64,000 nt of DNA, taken from Azolla caroliniana (lineage: Eukaryota; Plantae; Polypodiophyta). Shown piece by piece: positions 1-12,598 of this stretch (the first letter of the stretch is position 1; the number at the start of each line of letters is the position of its first letter). The stretch is from positions 10,168,001 through 10,232,000 of the forward strand of contig JBHGNT010000009.1 of assembly GCA_043228905.1 (NCBI GenBank). Direction: 5' to 3'. The notes beneath the pieces were generated by a model. That model had not been told where the DNA came from. It saw nothing but the letters and a program-made list of their open reading frames with translations, and did not search any database. The translations under genes were made by a program, and so were the position numbers.

Positions 1-1
1 G

Positions 2-3000
2 ATGACACACAAGGACTTCCTAGTGTGGAAACAGGCGGCAAGCAGGGTGATGTACTGCTTCGCGTCCAATGTCGGTGACCATCTACTCAGCCATATCCGT
101 GACGCCAAGACACCGAAGGATGCTTGGGGAAACTTGAAAAAGGTCTTCGCCGCAAGCACCACTGCTCAGAAGCTGCAACTGAGACAAGAGTTGAGCAATG
201 TTTGACAAAAGAACATGTCGATGGCAGATTACACAGACCAGATCAAAGGGATCTGTGACTCGCTTGCCTCTATTAACGTCACCGTAGAGGAAGACAAGAT
301 GGTGCAGGTCTGTCTTGGAGGCCTGGCGTCCAAGTCCACAGCTTTCCGGACTGCGGTTTGTACAAGGGAGAATACGCCCTCATTTTTCGACTTACAGTCG
401 ATGTTCCTTGTAGAGGAGAACCACGCCAGTGCATCTACCAGTGCATCCCCAGACAACTGGATGTTGTACATGGGAGCGGATCGGTCCTACGGGCGTGGTG
501 GACGAGGCAGGTCGGTACGCAATGGAGGCGGTTGGCAAGAGCAGGAACGAAGGCACAGTGAGTGTGCCGACAGCAGTTCCGGAACTTCCACAAGTAGGGG
601 CAGTCAAGGTGGTGCCGGAGGCCGGCATGACAAACCGGCTATGGAATGCTGGTACTGTGGCAAAAAGGGCCACAGGGAAAGCGAGTGCTAGAGAAAGCGT
701 GCCGATTCGGACAAATCCGGATCCGGCAAGACCGGTAAGGAAGGTCGGCAAAGCTCGCACTACGCAAACGGATCGGGAGGATCCAAGAACGGTAAGGGGC
801 CAGCCTTGGTGATGAAGCACAAGGAAAACTCAATGAAGAAGACCACTTCCAAATCGGAGGAAGTGTGGTATGTTGACTCCGGCGCATCGAACCACATGAA
901 GAGCCATGGGGAGTGGTTCTCCTTTTTGGAGAAGCCGGATCAACTGGGAGTTGTCGAAACCGGAGACGACACTCCCCACCCAATCGTGCATGTCGGAGAA
1001 GTCCCTTTGAGCCACGTCGGACAGAGGGGGAAGTTGATAAATGTATTACATGTTCTGACGATCACGAAGAACCTGGTGTCGGTCAGACAGATCGTCGACC
1101 AAGGGATGCAGGTGTGGTTTACGCACCTCGGGTGCTTCATTGAGGATGAGGGCGAAGTTATTGCACAAGGTCGTAGAGATGGGCGGATGTTTATCCTCAA
1201 CACCAATGATGTCGGCACCGCACTGTTCGCCAAAGGACAGAAGGTCGAGTCGGATATCAACCTGTGGCACAAGCGTATCGGCCACGTCAACTGCCGGAGG
1301 CTTCAAGACCTGCAAACGGAACAAGTCGTTTTCGGTTTACCAAAGTTTAGCGACCGGAGAATCCAGATTTGTGAAGCCTGCCAACTCGGGAAGCAACACC
1401 GGCTTCCATTCCCCACTGAAAGAAATCGAAGCCATAACAAGCTCGATCTTATCCATTCGGATGTGTGGGGACCGGCACAAAATATTAGCATTGGTGGGAG
1501 TCGATATTTCGTCTCCTTCATTGACGACTACACGCGGCATACGTGGATCTACCTCATTGAGCGGAAGAGCGAAGTCTTCGAGTGTTTCCGGAGCCTCCAG
1601 AAGATGGTGGAACGGGAATCGGAGAGGAAGATCAAATGCCTATGGTCGGATGGCGGAAAAGAGTACTTTTTCGGCCAATTAAACAGCTATTTGCAACAAA
1701 TAGATACACACCGCAACAGAACGGTGTGGCCGAAAGGAAGAATCGGTCGCTGATTGACGCGGCTAGGGCAATGCTGGAGGAAAAGAGCATGCCCAAGTTC
1801 TACTGGGCGAAGGTGGTCCAAACGGCCGTTTACATCCAGAACCGGATTGGGGACAAGGTGTCACCTCACGAGCTGTATTTCGGGCGCAAGCCAAATTTGA
1901 GACACCTCCGAATATTCGGCAGCATAGCCTATGTACATGTGCCGGATGAGAAGCGGAGAAAGCTGGATGCAAAATCGGAAAAATGCATCCTAGTCGGCTA
2001 TGCTCAAGAGCAAAAGGGGTATAAGTGTTATAACCCCCGGACGAAGCAGGTCTGAGTCAGCCGAGATGTCGAGTTTGATGAATCGACATCATGGTATTCC
2101 TTACCGACTCCGACTTCCGATCCCGACCCGATGTCGGAGGATGGGGCTAGTCAGCCCGAACCGGCCTAGGTAGAGAAAGATGAAGCCGAGACTCAAGATG
2201 AGAGTCCGGAATCGTTCCGGTTAAGCGAACTGAATGAGAGACTGGATCAGTCCAACCAGTCGGATGATGAGACGGCGAGTAGTGGAGACTCTGTCGTGCT
2301 GTCCCCGTGCAAGGAACCGAGGAGACGGTTCACACACAAAGAGAAAGGGAAGCAGAAGATACCGGAATTCGAGACCGGCAATGATGAGTCGGATCGGTGC
2401 GTATCTGACTTCGACAAGGACATAGGTAGATCTTCGGGAATGAAGACCGAACCGGCCAAGAAGGGTCTCATACCGTGTAATGGTGAGTTACGCCGGTCCA
2501 CCCACCAGAAGGATCCCGTTAAACGGTACGGGTATAACGAGTACATGGCGCATCATTATGCGTACATGACCAAGGTCGCGGAAGTGCGTGAGCCGAAGAG
2601 CTACGCAGAAGCGGTAAAGGACGCAAATTGGCGTGCCGCTATGAAGGATGAAATGCGAGCATTGGATGCCAACGGAACTTGGGACCTGGTTGACCCTCCC
2701 CGTCACTGTAAACCGATCGGATGCAAGTGGGTGTACAAGGTAAAGTACAATGCCGACGGTACAGTTAACCGGTACAAGGCCTGGTTAGTGGTGAAGGGAT
2801 ATGTGCAGACCCACGGAATGGACTACGACGAGACCTTCGCTCCTGTAGCGAAGATGACGACGGTTCGTGTGGTACTGGCGGTTGCTGCGGCAAGGGGGTG
2901 GCATCTTCATCAGATGGATGTGAAGAATGCCTTCCTTCAAGGACATCTTGAAGAAGAACTCTTTATGACTCAGCCCCCCCGATTTCAGTCGGAGATGAAC

Positions 3001-4428
3001 AAGTCAACGGTATGCCGACTGAGGAAGTCGTTGTACGGCTTGAAGCAAGCCCCCCGTGCTTGGAATGCTAAGATCACGCACCGGTTACGAAAGATGGGGT
3101 TTGTTGCCTCTAAGTCGGACTCTTCCCTGTTCATCCGTCAAGGCTCAAACGGTCCGGTATGTATCTTACTCTATGTTGATGATTTAGTCATCACCGGCCC
3201 AGGTCTTCCGGAAATCAACCGGGTCAAGTCCCAGTTGTCGGGCGCATTCGATATGAAGGACTTGGGGGACCTTCATTATTTTTTGGGGATCGAGGTGATC
3301 CGCACCCCCGATGGCATATTGCTTTCTCAACGCCATTATGTGTTGAATAAGCTGTACAAGTTCAGCATGACGGAATGCCGACCTGTCTACACACCCCTGG
3401 ACCGGATTCAGAAGATCAGTCCCAACTTCGGACCAGCCTGCGATGAGAAACGGTTTTGACAAATAGTCGGAAGCCTGATCTACTTGACCATCACCCGACC
3501 CGACATTAGCTATCCGGTCGGAGTGGTAAGCCAATTCATGCAGAAGCCGACCGTGGAGCACCTTCAGTGTGCGCAACGAATACTGAGGTATGTAAGCGGC
3601 ACTAAGGACCGGGGGCTCTTATACCGGCAAGGTATAACCGAAGAGCTTGTCGGCTACACGAATGTCAACTGGGTTGGCGATGCAACGGATTGTCGCTCAA
3701 CTTCTGGCTTTATGTTTTCTCTTGGGAGCGCGATTGTTGCGTGGAGTAGCAAAAAGCAGCCAACAGTGGCTCTATCCAGCACTGAGGCTGAATACCGGGG
3801 CACGACCATTCCCACCTGCGAAGCCATTTGGCTTCGGCGGCTACTGCAAGACCTACGGATCGAGGTACCGACCCCGATCCTGATATACTGCGATAACCTC
3901 AGCAGCATGCAGCTCGCCAAGAACCCTGTGTTCCATGCTCGCACAAAGCACATAGAAGTGCATTATCACTTCGTGCGTGAGCGGGTCCTGAGCAATGAAG
4001 TTGAACTACGGTATGTTCACACGGATCGACAAGTTGTCGACATCTTCACCAAGCCGCTCGGGTCGGACAAGTTGCAACACTTTACCGAAATGCTTGGTGT
4101 TCAGCATCTCAACGTGCCGCACTTGAGGGGGAGATGCAAGGGCAAAGACACTACCGAAACGGGCAAAGGCAAAACTGTTGAACCCATAGGTAAGAGAAGA
4201 ACCGGTAGAGGTGGAGACAAGAAGAAAAATGAAGCCGAGTCGACGAAGGAAGTCGGCACATCCGAACAAGTCGGTGAACCGGTTGAAGAAGCCAAGGGAA
4301 GCACAGAGAAGGCCAAGACCCGGACGTGGTCCGATGTGGTGAGGGGCCTGAAGCCGAAAATCGAATCGGAGGATACCGATTCGGACAAGAGCTGGAATGA
4401 GTCAGAGACAGCCGATTCGGATCAATAG
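2..4428 (+). pseudogene. Copia gag-pol polyprotein, disrupted by stops and frameshifts
   Basis: Zinc knuckle CWYCGKKGHRESEC, protease WYVDSGAS, GAG-pre-integrase LWHKRIGH, integrase HSDVWGP and PQQNGVAERKNR, RT QMDVKNAF and YVDD, RNase H SSTEAEY and KHIEVHYHF; split over 6 ORFs. Confidence 0.95.
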
Positions 4429-4737
4429 ACGGATCCGGATGAGTCGGATCAACGAAAGGCCAAGGAGACACAGACGCAGCGGAAGTCGATGCCATCGCGG
4501 TGGAACCGACATATCGGCAAGCACCGAAGTCATAGCAGCGAAGGAGCTGAGATGGGCCTATTGAGCAGACATGCCAAAGGTCGAGGCGTGCAGAACCAAA
4601 GGGGTCGCGGCAAACGGAACCGGACCGGACAAGGAGCACGAGCAAGGCGAAGCGACGCCAGAAGAAGTCGGTTGGAAGAACCGGTTGCCACAGAGGTTGA
4701 CACTATGACCCTACCTCAAGTTGAGCTTGAGGGGGAG

Positions 4738-5147
4738 TGTTGAGCGGCAAGCTCAACCGTAGCCAGATCGGTTGAATAAGCCTGAGCCGGTAAGCGAGAG
4801 GAATCGGTATGCCGGTGAGCAAGCAACCGAACCGGTAAGCAAGAGGAGCCGGTATGCCGGATCCAATCCGTAACCGGAAGCCTAGTATAGGTTAGACTAC
4901 TAGGCAATTATAGTCTCGTAGTTAGTGTCAGATGCTCGTGTGAGCATTGAAGTACACCGTAGTTCTAACAGTCCCGTGTGGACTTGTATAAATAGCGCTG
5001 ATGAGCGTGTTGTAGACACAGAGCACATAGTATTCATATAATTTTGAAAAATAGTGTGTTTTGCTCTCTCTCTCTGTCTCTCCCACGTACTTTCTCTCTC
5101 TTTGTGTGTATTGTTCTTTTTAACGCTTCTGCAAGCTATCTTTCACA
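4738..5147 (+). repeat. 3' LTR of Copia-1 (~410 bp)
   Basis: Starts TGTTGAG directly after the PPT, TATAAATA near 4987, ACCGGTAAGC-like subrepeats, ends TTTCACA where gypsy sequence begins. Confidence 0.85.
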
Positions 5148-5596
5148 GACTTTGAATGTCGAATAAACCCACTTGCAAGATTCTCGTCGATGTATGCTCC
5201 AAGAACCTCAAGCTCCGTTGGTGACAGATTGTAGATCGGACCCCATGGTGGCTCTTTTCCTGGTTGTAGATCAATGGGACAATCGTATGGCCGATGCTTT
5301 GGAAGTACACTAGTTTTGACTTTGTCGAAGACATCAACATATTCTTGGTACTTTTTAGGAATGTAGACCTCTAACTTCCCTTGAGTGTCACTAGAAGGTG
5401 CAAATGATATGGCAAATAAGAATAAATCTTCTTTTGCTCCTTCTTGGCATAATTGTTGTAGGGTGATGGTTGAAATGTGATGAAAAGGAACAACGTGTTT
5501 GGTAGAGGGTGAATTGGTAACACTATGTTTTTCAAGAGGAGGATCTTGGGTTTGACCCTTGACTACTATGTTTCCTTTTGAAGGGCACCTAATTTC

Positions 5597-7853
5597 TCAT
5601 CGTCTCCAATCAATTCTTGGGTTGTGTAGCTCGAACCATGGCAAACCAAGGACTATTGGATGCTCAGGGCTACGGATTATGTTGAAGGAAACTACACATC
5701 CCAGATCACCTAAGAGTATGTGTATCGGCTCAGAATCCTCGAATATCTTTCCAAAAGCTATGGGAAATCCATCAATAGCTACTACAGAAACTAGGCAAGG
5801 AAGTTTATGCAAGGCTATTTGATGTTTTCGGGCAAAATCTCTATCCATGAAACAAGAATTGGCTCCGGTATCTAAGAGAGCTGGGACATGAAATTGACAA
5901 CTTGTTGTCCTAACCTATACTTGGGCAGAGAAAATTCTACTAACATTCTTGGAAGAGATGGAACCCACACTAGGTTGTACAGATCTAGGATTGTCCAACC
6001 AAACGGCTCCGATTTTGGCCGGACTTATTCGTTTGACTCTTCTAATTGGCTTAGGACCTCAAACTTATTGGATAGAGTTGGATTACTAGAATCACTAGTT
6101 GGCACAGTTTCAACGATGCTAGACTCATTTCAATTATCATAGTTAATGTGATGTACCTGACATCTCGGTCTGTGCTGGCAGTGACTGGTAATATGTCCTG
6201 GACCTCCACAATATAAGCATAGTCGATTTGCTCGACGACATTGTCGAGTTGCTACGCGCATGCGTGGAGAACAAGGCGGGACCACTGGGGTCTTGGACTG
6301 AGGAATAGGTGAGAAAAGAGGGAGAAAGAGAGAGACGCTCACACACGTATAGACAAAGAAGCGCACGGGGACGCGGCCCCAATCAACACAGGAGACACGA
6401 GTTGAGAACACTAGCGTATGTATATTAAAAAATATGTATGTATTTGTATGTATGCGGACGACTCGAACGGTTACAGCCGATCAGGTCGGCGAGATGGATG
6501 CCGACGCCTGATCACCCACGCACACAGGGGAGCAAGATGGAGATTCTACCGGAAGCACACGGGCGTTCCACGGAGCAGAATCAGCCTCCTAAGAACCTGC
6601 ACAAAAGAAAGCTATGGAGAACGATAGAGAAGAAGAGCTCGGTCCCAGTCCGACAGCACTTCGTCCCCTCTAGTGCGCAATACCTTCTCTCCCCGTCTCC
6701 CTCTCTTTTATAACTCAAGGAGGGAGGCCATTTCACCCGTTTACATCACATTAATTCTCTGTCCTTTCGGACAGAGATACTCCTCGATTCTCCCTATAGA
6801 ATATTGCTACCTAGGATTTGATTTTTGTGCCTACCTATCTACTATACAACAAGGGGCGTGCCCACGTGTAAGGGCCGGTTCACACACGCTATACATGGTT
6901 TGCGCCTGGGGACGGTTTTCTTCACGACAACGTTGTTTCTCTTCATCCGATAACGATCCTCGTCGCTGGGTCATATCAATCTGCATAGGTGTTGGGCTAC
7001 ATACTTGCCATGGAGTTGGGACGGGGCCATATTGTTGCCTTGGAGATTGTGCCGTCACTGATGCATAAGTTGGCATAAATCTTGATCTTGTTTGTTGTTA
7101 TTGTCACTCGGACCGACGCTCAAAAAGCCGATTATCACACCGTACTGCTTGGCTTATAGTTTTTGTAAGGGATTTTGGATCTGTAGGGAAGGTAAGCAGT
7201 AAATCTTTTACATCTCCACGGAGGCCCGAATGAAACATATCCATTAGGGCTTTTTCGTGCCATGGAATATCACTTGCAATGAGACGAAAATTGGTTGCAT
7301 ACGTTGATGCTGGTTGATCCCCTTGCCGCAGTGTGCGAATCATGTTGATTGTCATTCTTACATTATCTATGTCTCCGAAGAAAGCCTTAAACTCTTTCAT
7401 AAATTCTTCAAAGTTGTTAACTAGGGGAGAATTTGCTTCTAGCAATGGAGCAAACCATGACAATGTCGTGCCAGTCAATAAAGTGCCCACTAACACGACT
7501 CGAGATGAATCCATTGGATAACCCGTGGGATGCATCTGGATCACCAACCGCGCTTGATTTATAAAACCCCGAAAATGTGCTCTCGAACCATCAAATTTAG
7601 CTGGGAGGCTGATTTTGGACTCCTTAAGAACTCATTGACCATCGACTTTTAGTTGTTGTAAAGCTACAATTGCCGACTCTAATCGTTGAACCCTTTGTGT
7701 AAACTCATCGTGTATTTGTTGCTTCTCTATAGAAACCTTATGTAGATCTTCAAGTAGACGTTGATTCTCTACCTCTAGTGATGCAAACTTGCTTTTGAGA
7801 TTCTCCATTTCCGCAACAAGGGCGAGGTATTCTTGTGGGTTGCTAGCAGCCAT
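5597..7853 (-). pseudogene. gag-protease of the chromovirus-like gypsy
   Basis: ORFs 7632-7853, 7104-7547, 6831-7076, 6130-6241 and 5597-5848; removing the solo LTR and one TSD restores EKQRRRANRLCLYC in frame. Confidence 0.85.
6242..6929 (-). mobile_element. Solo LTR related to gypsy family A (688 bp)
   Basis: Minus strand begins TGTCGTGAAGAAAACCG like the LTR at 12599 and ends CGACA; 4-bp TSD ACAT/ACGT. Confidence 0.88.
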
Positions 7854-7893
7854 GGGTACTGACTAGTGTTTGTGGTAGAGGTAAAGGAGAAGA

Positions 7894-7905
7894 AGTTCGA
7901 ATCAA
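7894..7905 (-). promoter_or_regulatory. Self-priming primer-binding site (Tf1-type)
   Basis: Minus-strand TTGATTCGAACT lies 2 nt after the LTR end and is perfectly complementary to minus-strand AGTTCGAATCAA at 8076-8065, which starts 32 nt downstream of TATAAATA. Confidence 0.7.
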
Positions 7906-7907
7906 AC

Positions 7908-8354
7908 TATCAAAACAAAGCAAGAGATTGAACGATTGAAGGAAGGTATAAGAGAATAGAAGAAGAGAGGAGAATGGATTGATAAGAGAAGAGTGGATTT
8001 ATTAGAATAGAATGAGTGTAAGGATGAGTTGGATATAAGGTAGGCTTGGAGCTAAAGGCTGGTGTTGATTCGAACTGATTTGATAAGATCTATTTGTTTC
8101 TATTTATAGGTTTCTATAAAATAGCTTAGAGATTTCTAGAATGTACTGGACCTAGAATATTCTAGGATGTTCTAGAAGATCTCTAGAATGTTCTAGAAAG
8201 TTCCAGAAGTTCTCTGATAAAATAATCACTATGAAAAGTAGCCTTTATCATTTCATGTCCTGATAGGTTACCTTAATGGTTAAGATTTGAATTTCGTAAT
8301 ACGAAGTCCTGGGTTCAAGTCCAGGTTAAGCATAATGTTCACGGATTCATGACA
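7908..8354 (-). repeat. 5' LTR of the chromovirus-like gypsy (~447 bp)
   Basis: TGTCA...TGATA (probably TGACA deaminated), TATA box at 8108-8101, TCTAGA subrepeats. Confidence 0.7.
8262..8333 (+). promoter_or_regulatory. tRNA-derived Pol III A/B-box module inside the LTR U3, antisense to the element; not a functional tRNA
   Basis: A-like TACCTTAATGG at 8269, B box GGTTCAAGTCC at 8312 (43-nt spacing), CCTGG/CCAGG stem. Confidence 0.6.
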
Positions 8355-10262
8355 GGATGTATGGAAATGGTTGCATCAAGATGAGGTTGGGTTTACATTT
8401 CAATCTATCCAATATACGGAAACATGGAGTAGGCTAGATAGAATGTATGTTATGCATGATGAGTCCTTTTTGCAAGAGATGCTTAATATGTCAATTATGC
8501 AAGAGCTTGTGACATTGGATCATTTTCCCATATGTTTTGAGTTTAATAAACATGGGGTAGATATGTACAAAATATTGCTTGGTCAAGTTCCTTTGAGGTT
8601 TAATTCTTCTTTATTATTACATTCCTTATTTGATGCCTATATGCAACAAATTTTTAGCTTGTTTTTAGAACAAGTTATTTCAAAAGGATGGCATGCATGG
8701 GATACAACACTACAAAAAATCAATGATATTCATCGTATGTATGGTATGACTAATGCTAAAAGATGTAAGAAATTTATTGATAAGTTTTCACATATTCTTA
8801 CGTGATGCAATGTACTATTGATGAATAATCCACATGATGAAGACATTTTCGATCTTCAAGTTCAAGAACAAGACATTGTGAAGAATTTGTCTTGTCAAAG
8901 TTATCAACAGACAAGACTATGTCAGTTAAAGGAGGGATTTATAGATAATCAATCACAATCTCATATGTTTTTTCAAGGATTAAGACCATCATATGCTCGT
9001 TCGAATGTGGTACAAATTAAGATAGGGGATGACAGTGTTGTAGATCCAATCAAGGTTATTGAGTTATGCATTACTCATTTTAAGAATTTGATTGGGCCAA
9101 AGTTGATTATTAATGAGGATGTGTTGAAAACAAGACAAGAGTTTTATAATGTAATTGGGTGTGTCGTGAATACAAATATTTGTCAAGAATTGGATGTTGA
9201 TTTTAAAGAAGCTGAGGTGGAAAAGGTATTGTTACACCTTCCAAATGGTAAAAGCCCTGGTTGGGATGGTATTACAAATGAAGTTTTTAAGAAGTATGCT
9301 GCCATGCTTAAGAGTTCATTCACACAAATGTTTCAACAATGTTGGGATTCTAGTTTCATGCTTCAGAGCTGGAAGGTGGGCTTAAACAAATTGATACCAA
9401 TGGTACCATCTCCGGAGTCATTCCATGAATGGAGGCCTATTTCATTGATAGGAAGGTTGTATAGTGTTTGTAAAGATATTATCCAACAGACTTAAGAAAC
9501 TCTTGCCTCAATTTATTCATCCATCTCAATATGGTTTTATTGCAGGTAGAAATATACTACATAATGTTTTGAAAGTTCAAATGGCTACCAATTATGCTCG
9601 ACATACCCATCCAGAAATGGTTATGGTGCAATTAGATTTGGAAAAAGCATATGATCATGTTAATTGGTCTTTGCTCTCCGGTGTGATGTATAATATGAGG
9701 TTTGGTCTATGTATGTGTCGACTTATCTTTTTGCTAGGGCAAAATGCAACCTCGTGTGTGATGCTTACTAGATCCATGCGGCAATGATGTCCATTAAGCC
9801 CATTGTTATTTGCTATTGTTACACATCTTTTGTTAGTAATGTTGTCAAATCTTGTGGTCAGTGGTGATATTGTGGGTTTGCATCTTTCTTTTGGTGGACA
9901 ATTGGTGGCACAAACATTGGCTAATGATTCTTTTATGTTTTTACAAGCCTCAAAAGAAAATCTTCAAAGGAGTATGCAAGTTTGGGATCAATTTACTTTG
10001 GCTTAAGGATTGTATATAAATTGGAGGAAGTCTCGCCTTATTTCTTGTGTAAAGAGTGATTTGGAATGTTTGGGATGGCGAGGGTTAGTGATTACACGAG
10101 GATCAATTTATCGACATTTGGGTTATCCATTGGGTGTTGATGTTGCAAGTGTTCAATTGATTGATTGGATTGGTAGTAGATTGAAGGACAAATTTATGTA
10201 TTGGAAGTCTCAATTATGACCCTTTCATGTACGACTCAAAGTGGTGCAATGTATCTTGATAC
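8355..10262 (+). mobile_element. L1-clade LINE ORF2 fragment (endonuclease C-terminus and RT), decayed
   Basis: SRLDRMY, DHFP, KSPGWDG, WRPISL, QYGFIAGR, LDLEKAYD, YRHLGYPLG; same family as the LINE at 47115-52535. Confidence 0.92.
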
Positions 10263-10729
10263 TGTTGAGAATCAAGCTCAACATACTGCAATGTGTGAAC
10301 ACACCTCTTGAGAATCAATGATTACTCAAAGGGCAAGAGTCACACCACTACTCTCTACACATTAACTATGTGTCATAGAATCTAATTCTATGACACATAA
10401 CTAATGAATTACATATTCCCCATGACTATGAGTCTTCACATTCCCCAAGAGAGAGAGTGGTTGTTGTAGTTAGTTAATAAAGAGAGAGGGTTACTCTATA
10501 TAAAACACCCTCCTCATACTTCATACTAAGTCGGTTGTGACTCCTTGTTATGCTACATTTTGTAAATCTTATTCTACTTGTGAAATATACACCTTCTTCT
10601 TGAGTATTCCATTTTCCCCTTATATATTTATCTTGAGTTCTCTTTTCTCTCCTCTCTTTTTCTCTCACACATATACGCACATAACGCACATCTATTCCAC
10701 TGCACAAGAATCACCATCGATTCTTTACA
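10263..10729 (+). repeat. 5' LTR of Copia-2
   Basis: TGTTGAG...TTTACA, TATA near 10497, followed directly by the PBS. Confidence 0.9.
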
Positions 10730-10741
10730 TGGTATCAGAGC
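10730..10741 (+). promoter_or_regulatory. PBS complementary to initiator tRNA-Met
   Basis: TGGTATCAGAGC. Confidence 0.92.
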
Positions 10742-10896
10742 GATTTGGTAGCTCGATCTAGCCCACTCACCTCATCATGATCGTGTGTTGTGCTCTACGC
10801 CGACGTTCAAGAAGAACCGGCTCATCACTATCGTAGTACCACTACATAGCTCGTTTTCGAGAGAGAAGGAAAAGAAGAAAGGAAGCTTAATCGACA

Positions 10897-11590
10897 ATGA
10901 ATACTCAAATGGGGAGTGCTCTCCCTAGTGAGAAGTTGGACCAAAACAACTTCGCATCTTGGGAGTACAAGATGTACCAATACCTTGTCGGCTAAGGCTA
11001 TTGGGGTTACATCAAGGGAGCACAAGAAAACCAACCCAACCCGAAAGACGCTGACTACGAAACATGGGAGCAAGCGGCAAGCCGAGTGATGTATTGCTTG
11101 GCGACATGTGTTCACGACTACATGCTCGGCTACATTCGAGAAGCCAAGATGCCAAAGGAAGTGTGGGAGAATCTACGAAAGATTTTCGCCGCCAACACAA
11201 CTATGAGAAAGCTTCAACTCCGCCAAGAGTTGAACAACATCCAACAAAGGGATATGTCCATCATGAGCTACACCTTGAAGATCAATGAGCTTTGAGACTC
11301 GCTTGGCACGATAAGCGTCAACGTGGACAATGATGAGATGGTGCAAATATGCCTTGGCGTCCTTGCACCATGGTTCGGCTCGATGAGGACCACCATACTA
11401 GCACGGGAGAACCCGCCCTCCTTCTTCGATCTTCAATCCACGTTGTTGGTCGAAGAAAACCATGTTCTAACAAGGAGCAACGCCTTAGAAGGCTACATAC
11501 TTTCTCACACTCGGCCGGAGGACGAGGACGCGGCCATGCAAGAAGAGGCCGATTTGACCAAGGACGAGGCGGACCATGCCCGAGTTACAA
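10897..11590 (+). pseudogene. Copia-2 gag fragment
   Basis: EKLDQNNFASWEYKM...RKLQLRQELNNI...PSFFDLQS, homologous to Copia-1 gag. Confidence 0.88.
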
Positions 11591-12166
11591 TGTCGTAGTG
11601 TAATTCACACACTATGAGAAAATTGCAGTTTTGGTCCCTTCGGATGGGACATGGAGACCTGGAAAGAACCGGATCAAGCAGAACCGGCAAGAGCCGGATG
11701 AAGAAGGTCGGTGAGAGTCGGTGAGAAACGGACAAAGAGGACTGGTAAGGAGGACCTGGTAAGAACCGGATAAAGAAAACCGGTGAGAATCGGATGAAGC
11801 AGACCCAACAAGAGCCGGATGAAGAAGGCCGGTGAGAGTCTCTCACTGGATGAAGGGTTCGAATCCTACCCTATCTCTTCATCCGGTGAGAGACTCTCAC
11901 CGGCCTTCTTCATCCGGCTCTTTCTGGGTCTGCTTCATCCGGTTCTCACCGGTTTTCTTTATCCGGTTCTTACCGGGTCTTCCTTACCGGTCCTCTTCAT
12001 CCGTTTCTCACCGACTCTCACCGGCCTTCTTCCTCCGGCTCTTGCCGGTTCTGCTTGATCCGGTTCTCACCAGGTCTTCTTCATCCGGTTCTTGCCGGGT
12101 TTCCATGTCCCATCCGGAGGGACCAAAAATGCAATTTTCTCCTAGTGTGCGAATTAAACTATGACA
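11591..12166. repeat. Long imperfect palindrome made of two family-B U3 segments
   Basis: 11591 TGTCGTAGTGTAATTCACACAC... matches the reverse complement of ...GTGTGCGAATTAAACTATGACA ending 12166; centre contains GGTTCGAATCC. Confidence 0.85.
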
Positions 12167-12598
12167 CTCGCCCCCTTCGAACCCGCACATCCTCTGGTAT
12201 GTGCCGAAATTGTCGGGGCTCATTATTCTTCATCCGTAATATCCCTAGTTTGTCCCGCTATGTCGTCTTTGTCTCTCCATTTTGAGCATATCCATTCTTT
12301 CCACCCGAACCATTGTCGCCATCCGATCCACCATATTCTTTGTTCTCTCTCGTCATAGAATCTCGCCTTAGTGTTTACGTTCTTCCCATTAGAGCCTTTC
12401 TTCTTTGTTGAGATCTCATCGTTAATAATACCCTTCAAATCCACTTGGCCCTGGTCATCAGTGATAGTGTCTTTTCCTGGCCTCTTTCTTGTCTTCATCA
12501 ACCTTGACTTTTTTCCATATCAGTCTCGTTCGATCGGCTTCGTATTCGGCCGAATCGGACTCGATTGATCGGTTTTGACTGAGTCGGACCCCTTCCGG

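Larger units (their letters stand above)
1..5147 (+). mobile_element. Ty1/copia LTR retrotransposon (Copia-1), 5' part outside the window, decayed
   Basis: Domain order gag-PR-INT-RT-RH, PPT GAGGGGGAG at 4729-4737, then a TG...CA LTR. Confidence 0.95.
5148..8354 (-). mobile_element. Chromovirus-like (Tf1/Tcn1-type) Ty3/gypsy, 5' portion (LTR, gag, protease); interrupted by Copia-1 and a solo LTR; itself inserted in a LINE
   Basis: Gag LLTGTTLSWF and PMQID, knuckle CLYCGGPGHITSHC, protease ALLDTGAN...IVLGLPWF; LTR begins TGTCATG at 8354 on the minus strand. Confidence 0.85.

Noticed and set aside
1680-1710. Frame change in the Copia-1 integrase as programmed frameshifting
   Set aside because: Comparison with the 35.6-kb relative shows a small deletion (GIQREFTC missing), so it is decay
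229-4907. Many short overlapping or antisense ORFs within the GC-rich retroelements (also 13-28 kb)
   Set aside because: Shadow ORFs of gag-pol with no independent motifs
11640-12110. CCGGATGAAGAA-type repeats resembling a CRISPR array
   Set aside because: Irregular degenerate subrepeats of the family B U3, with no constant repeat-spacer period and no cas genes, in a eukaryotic context
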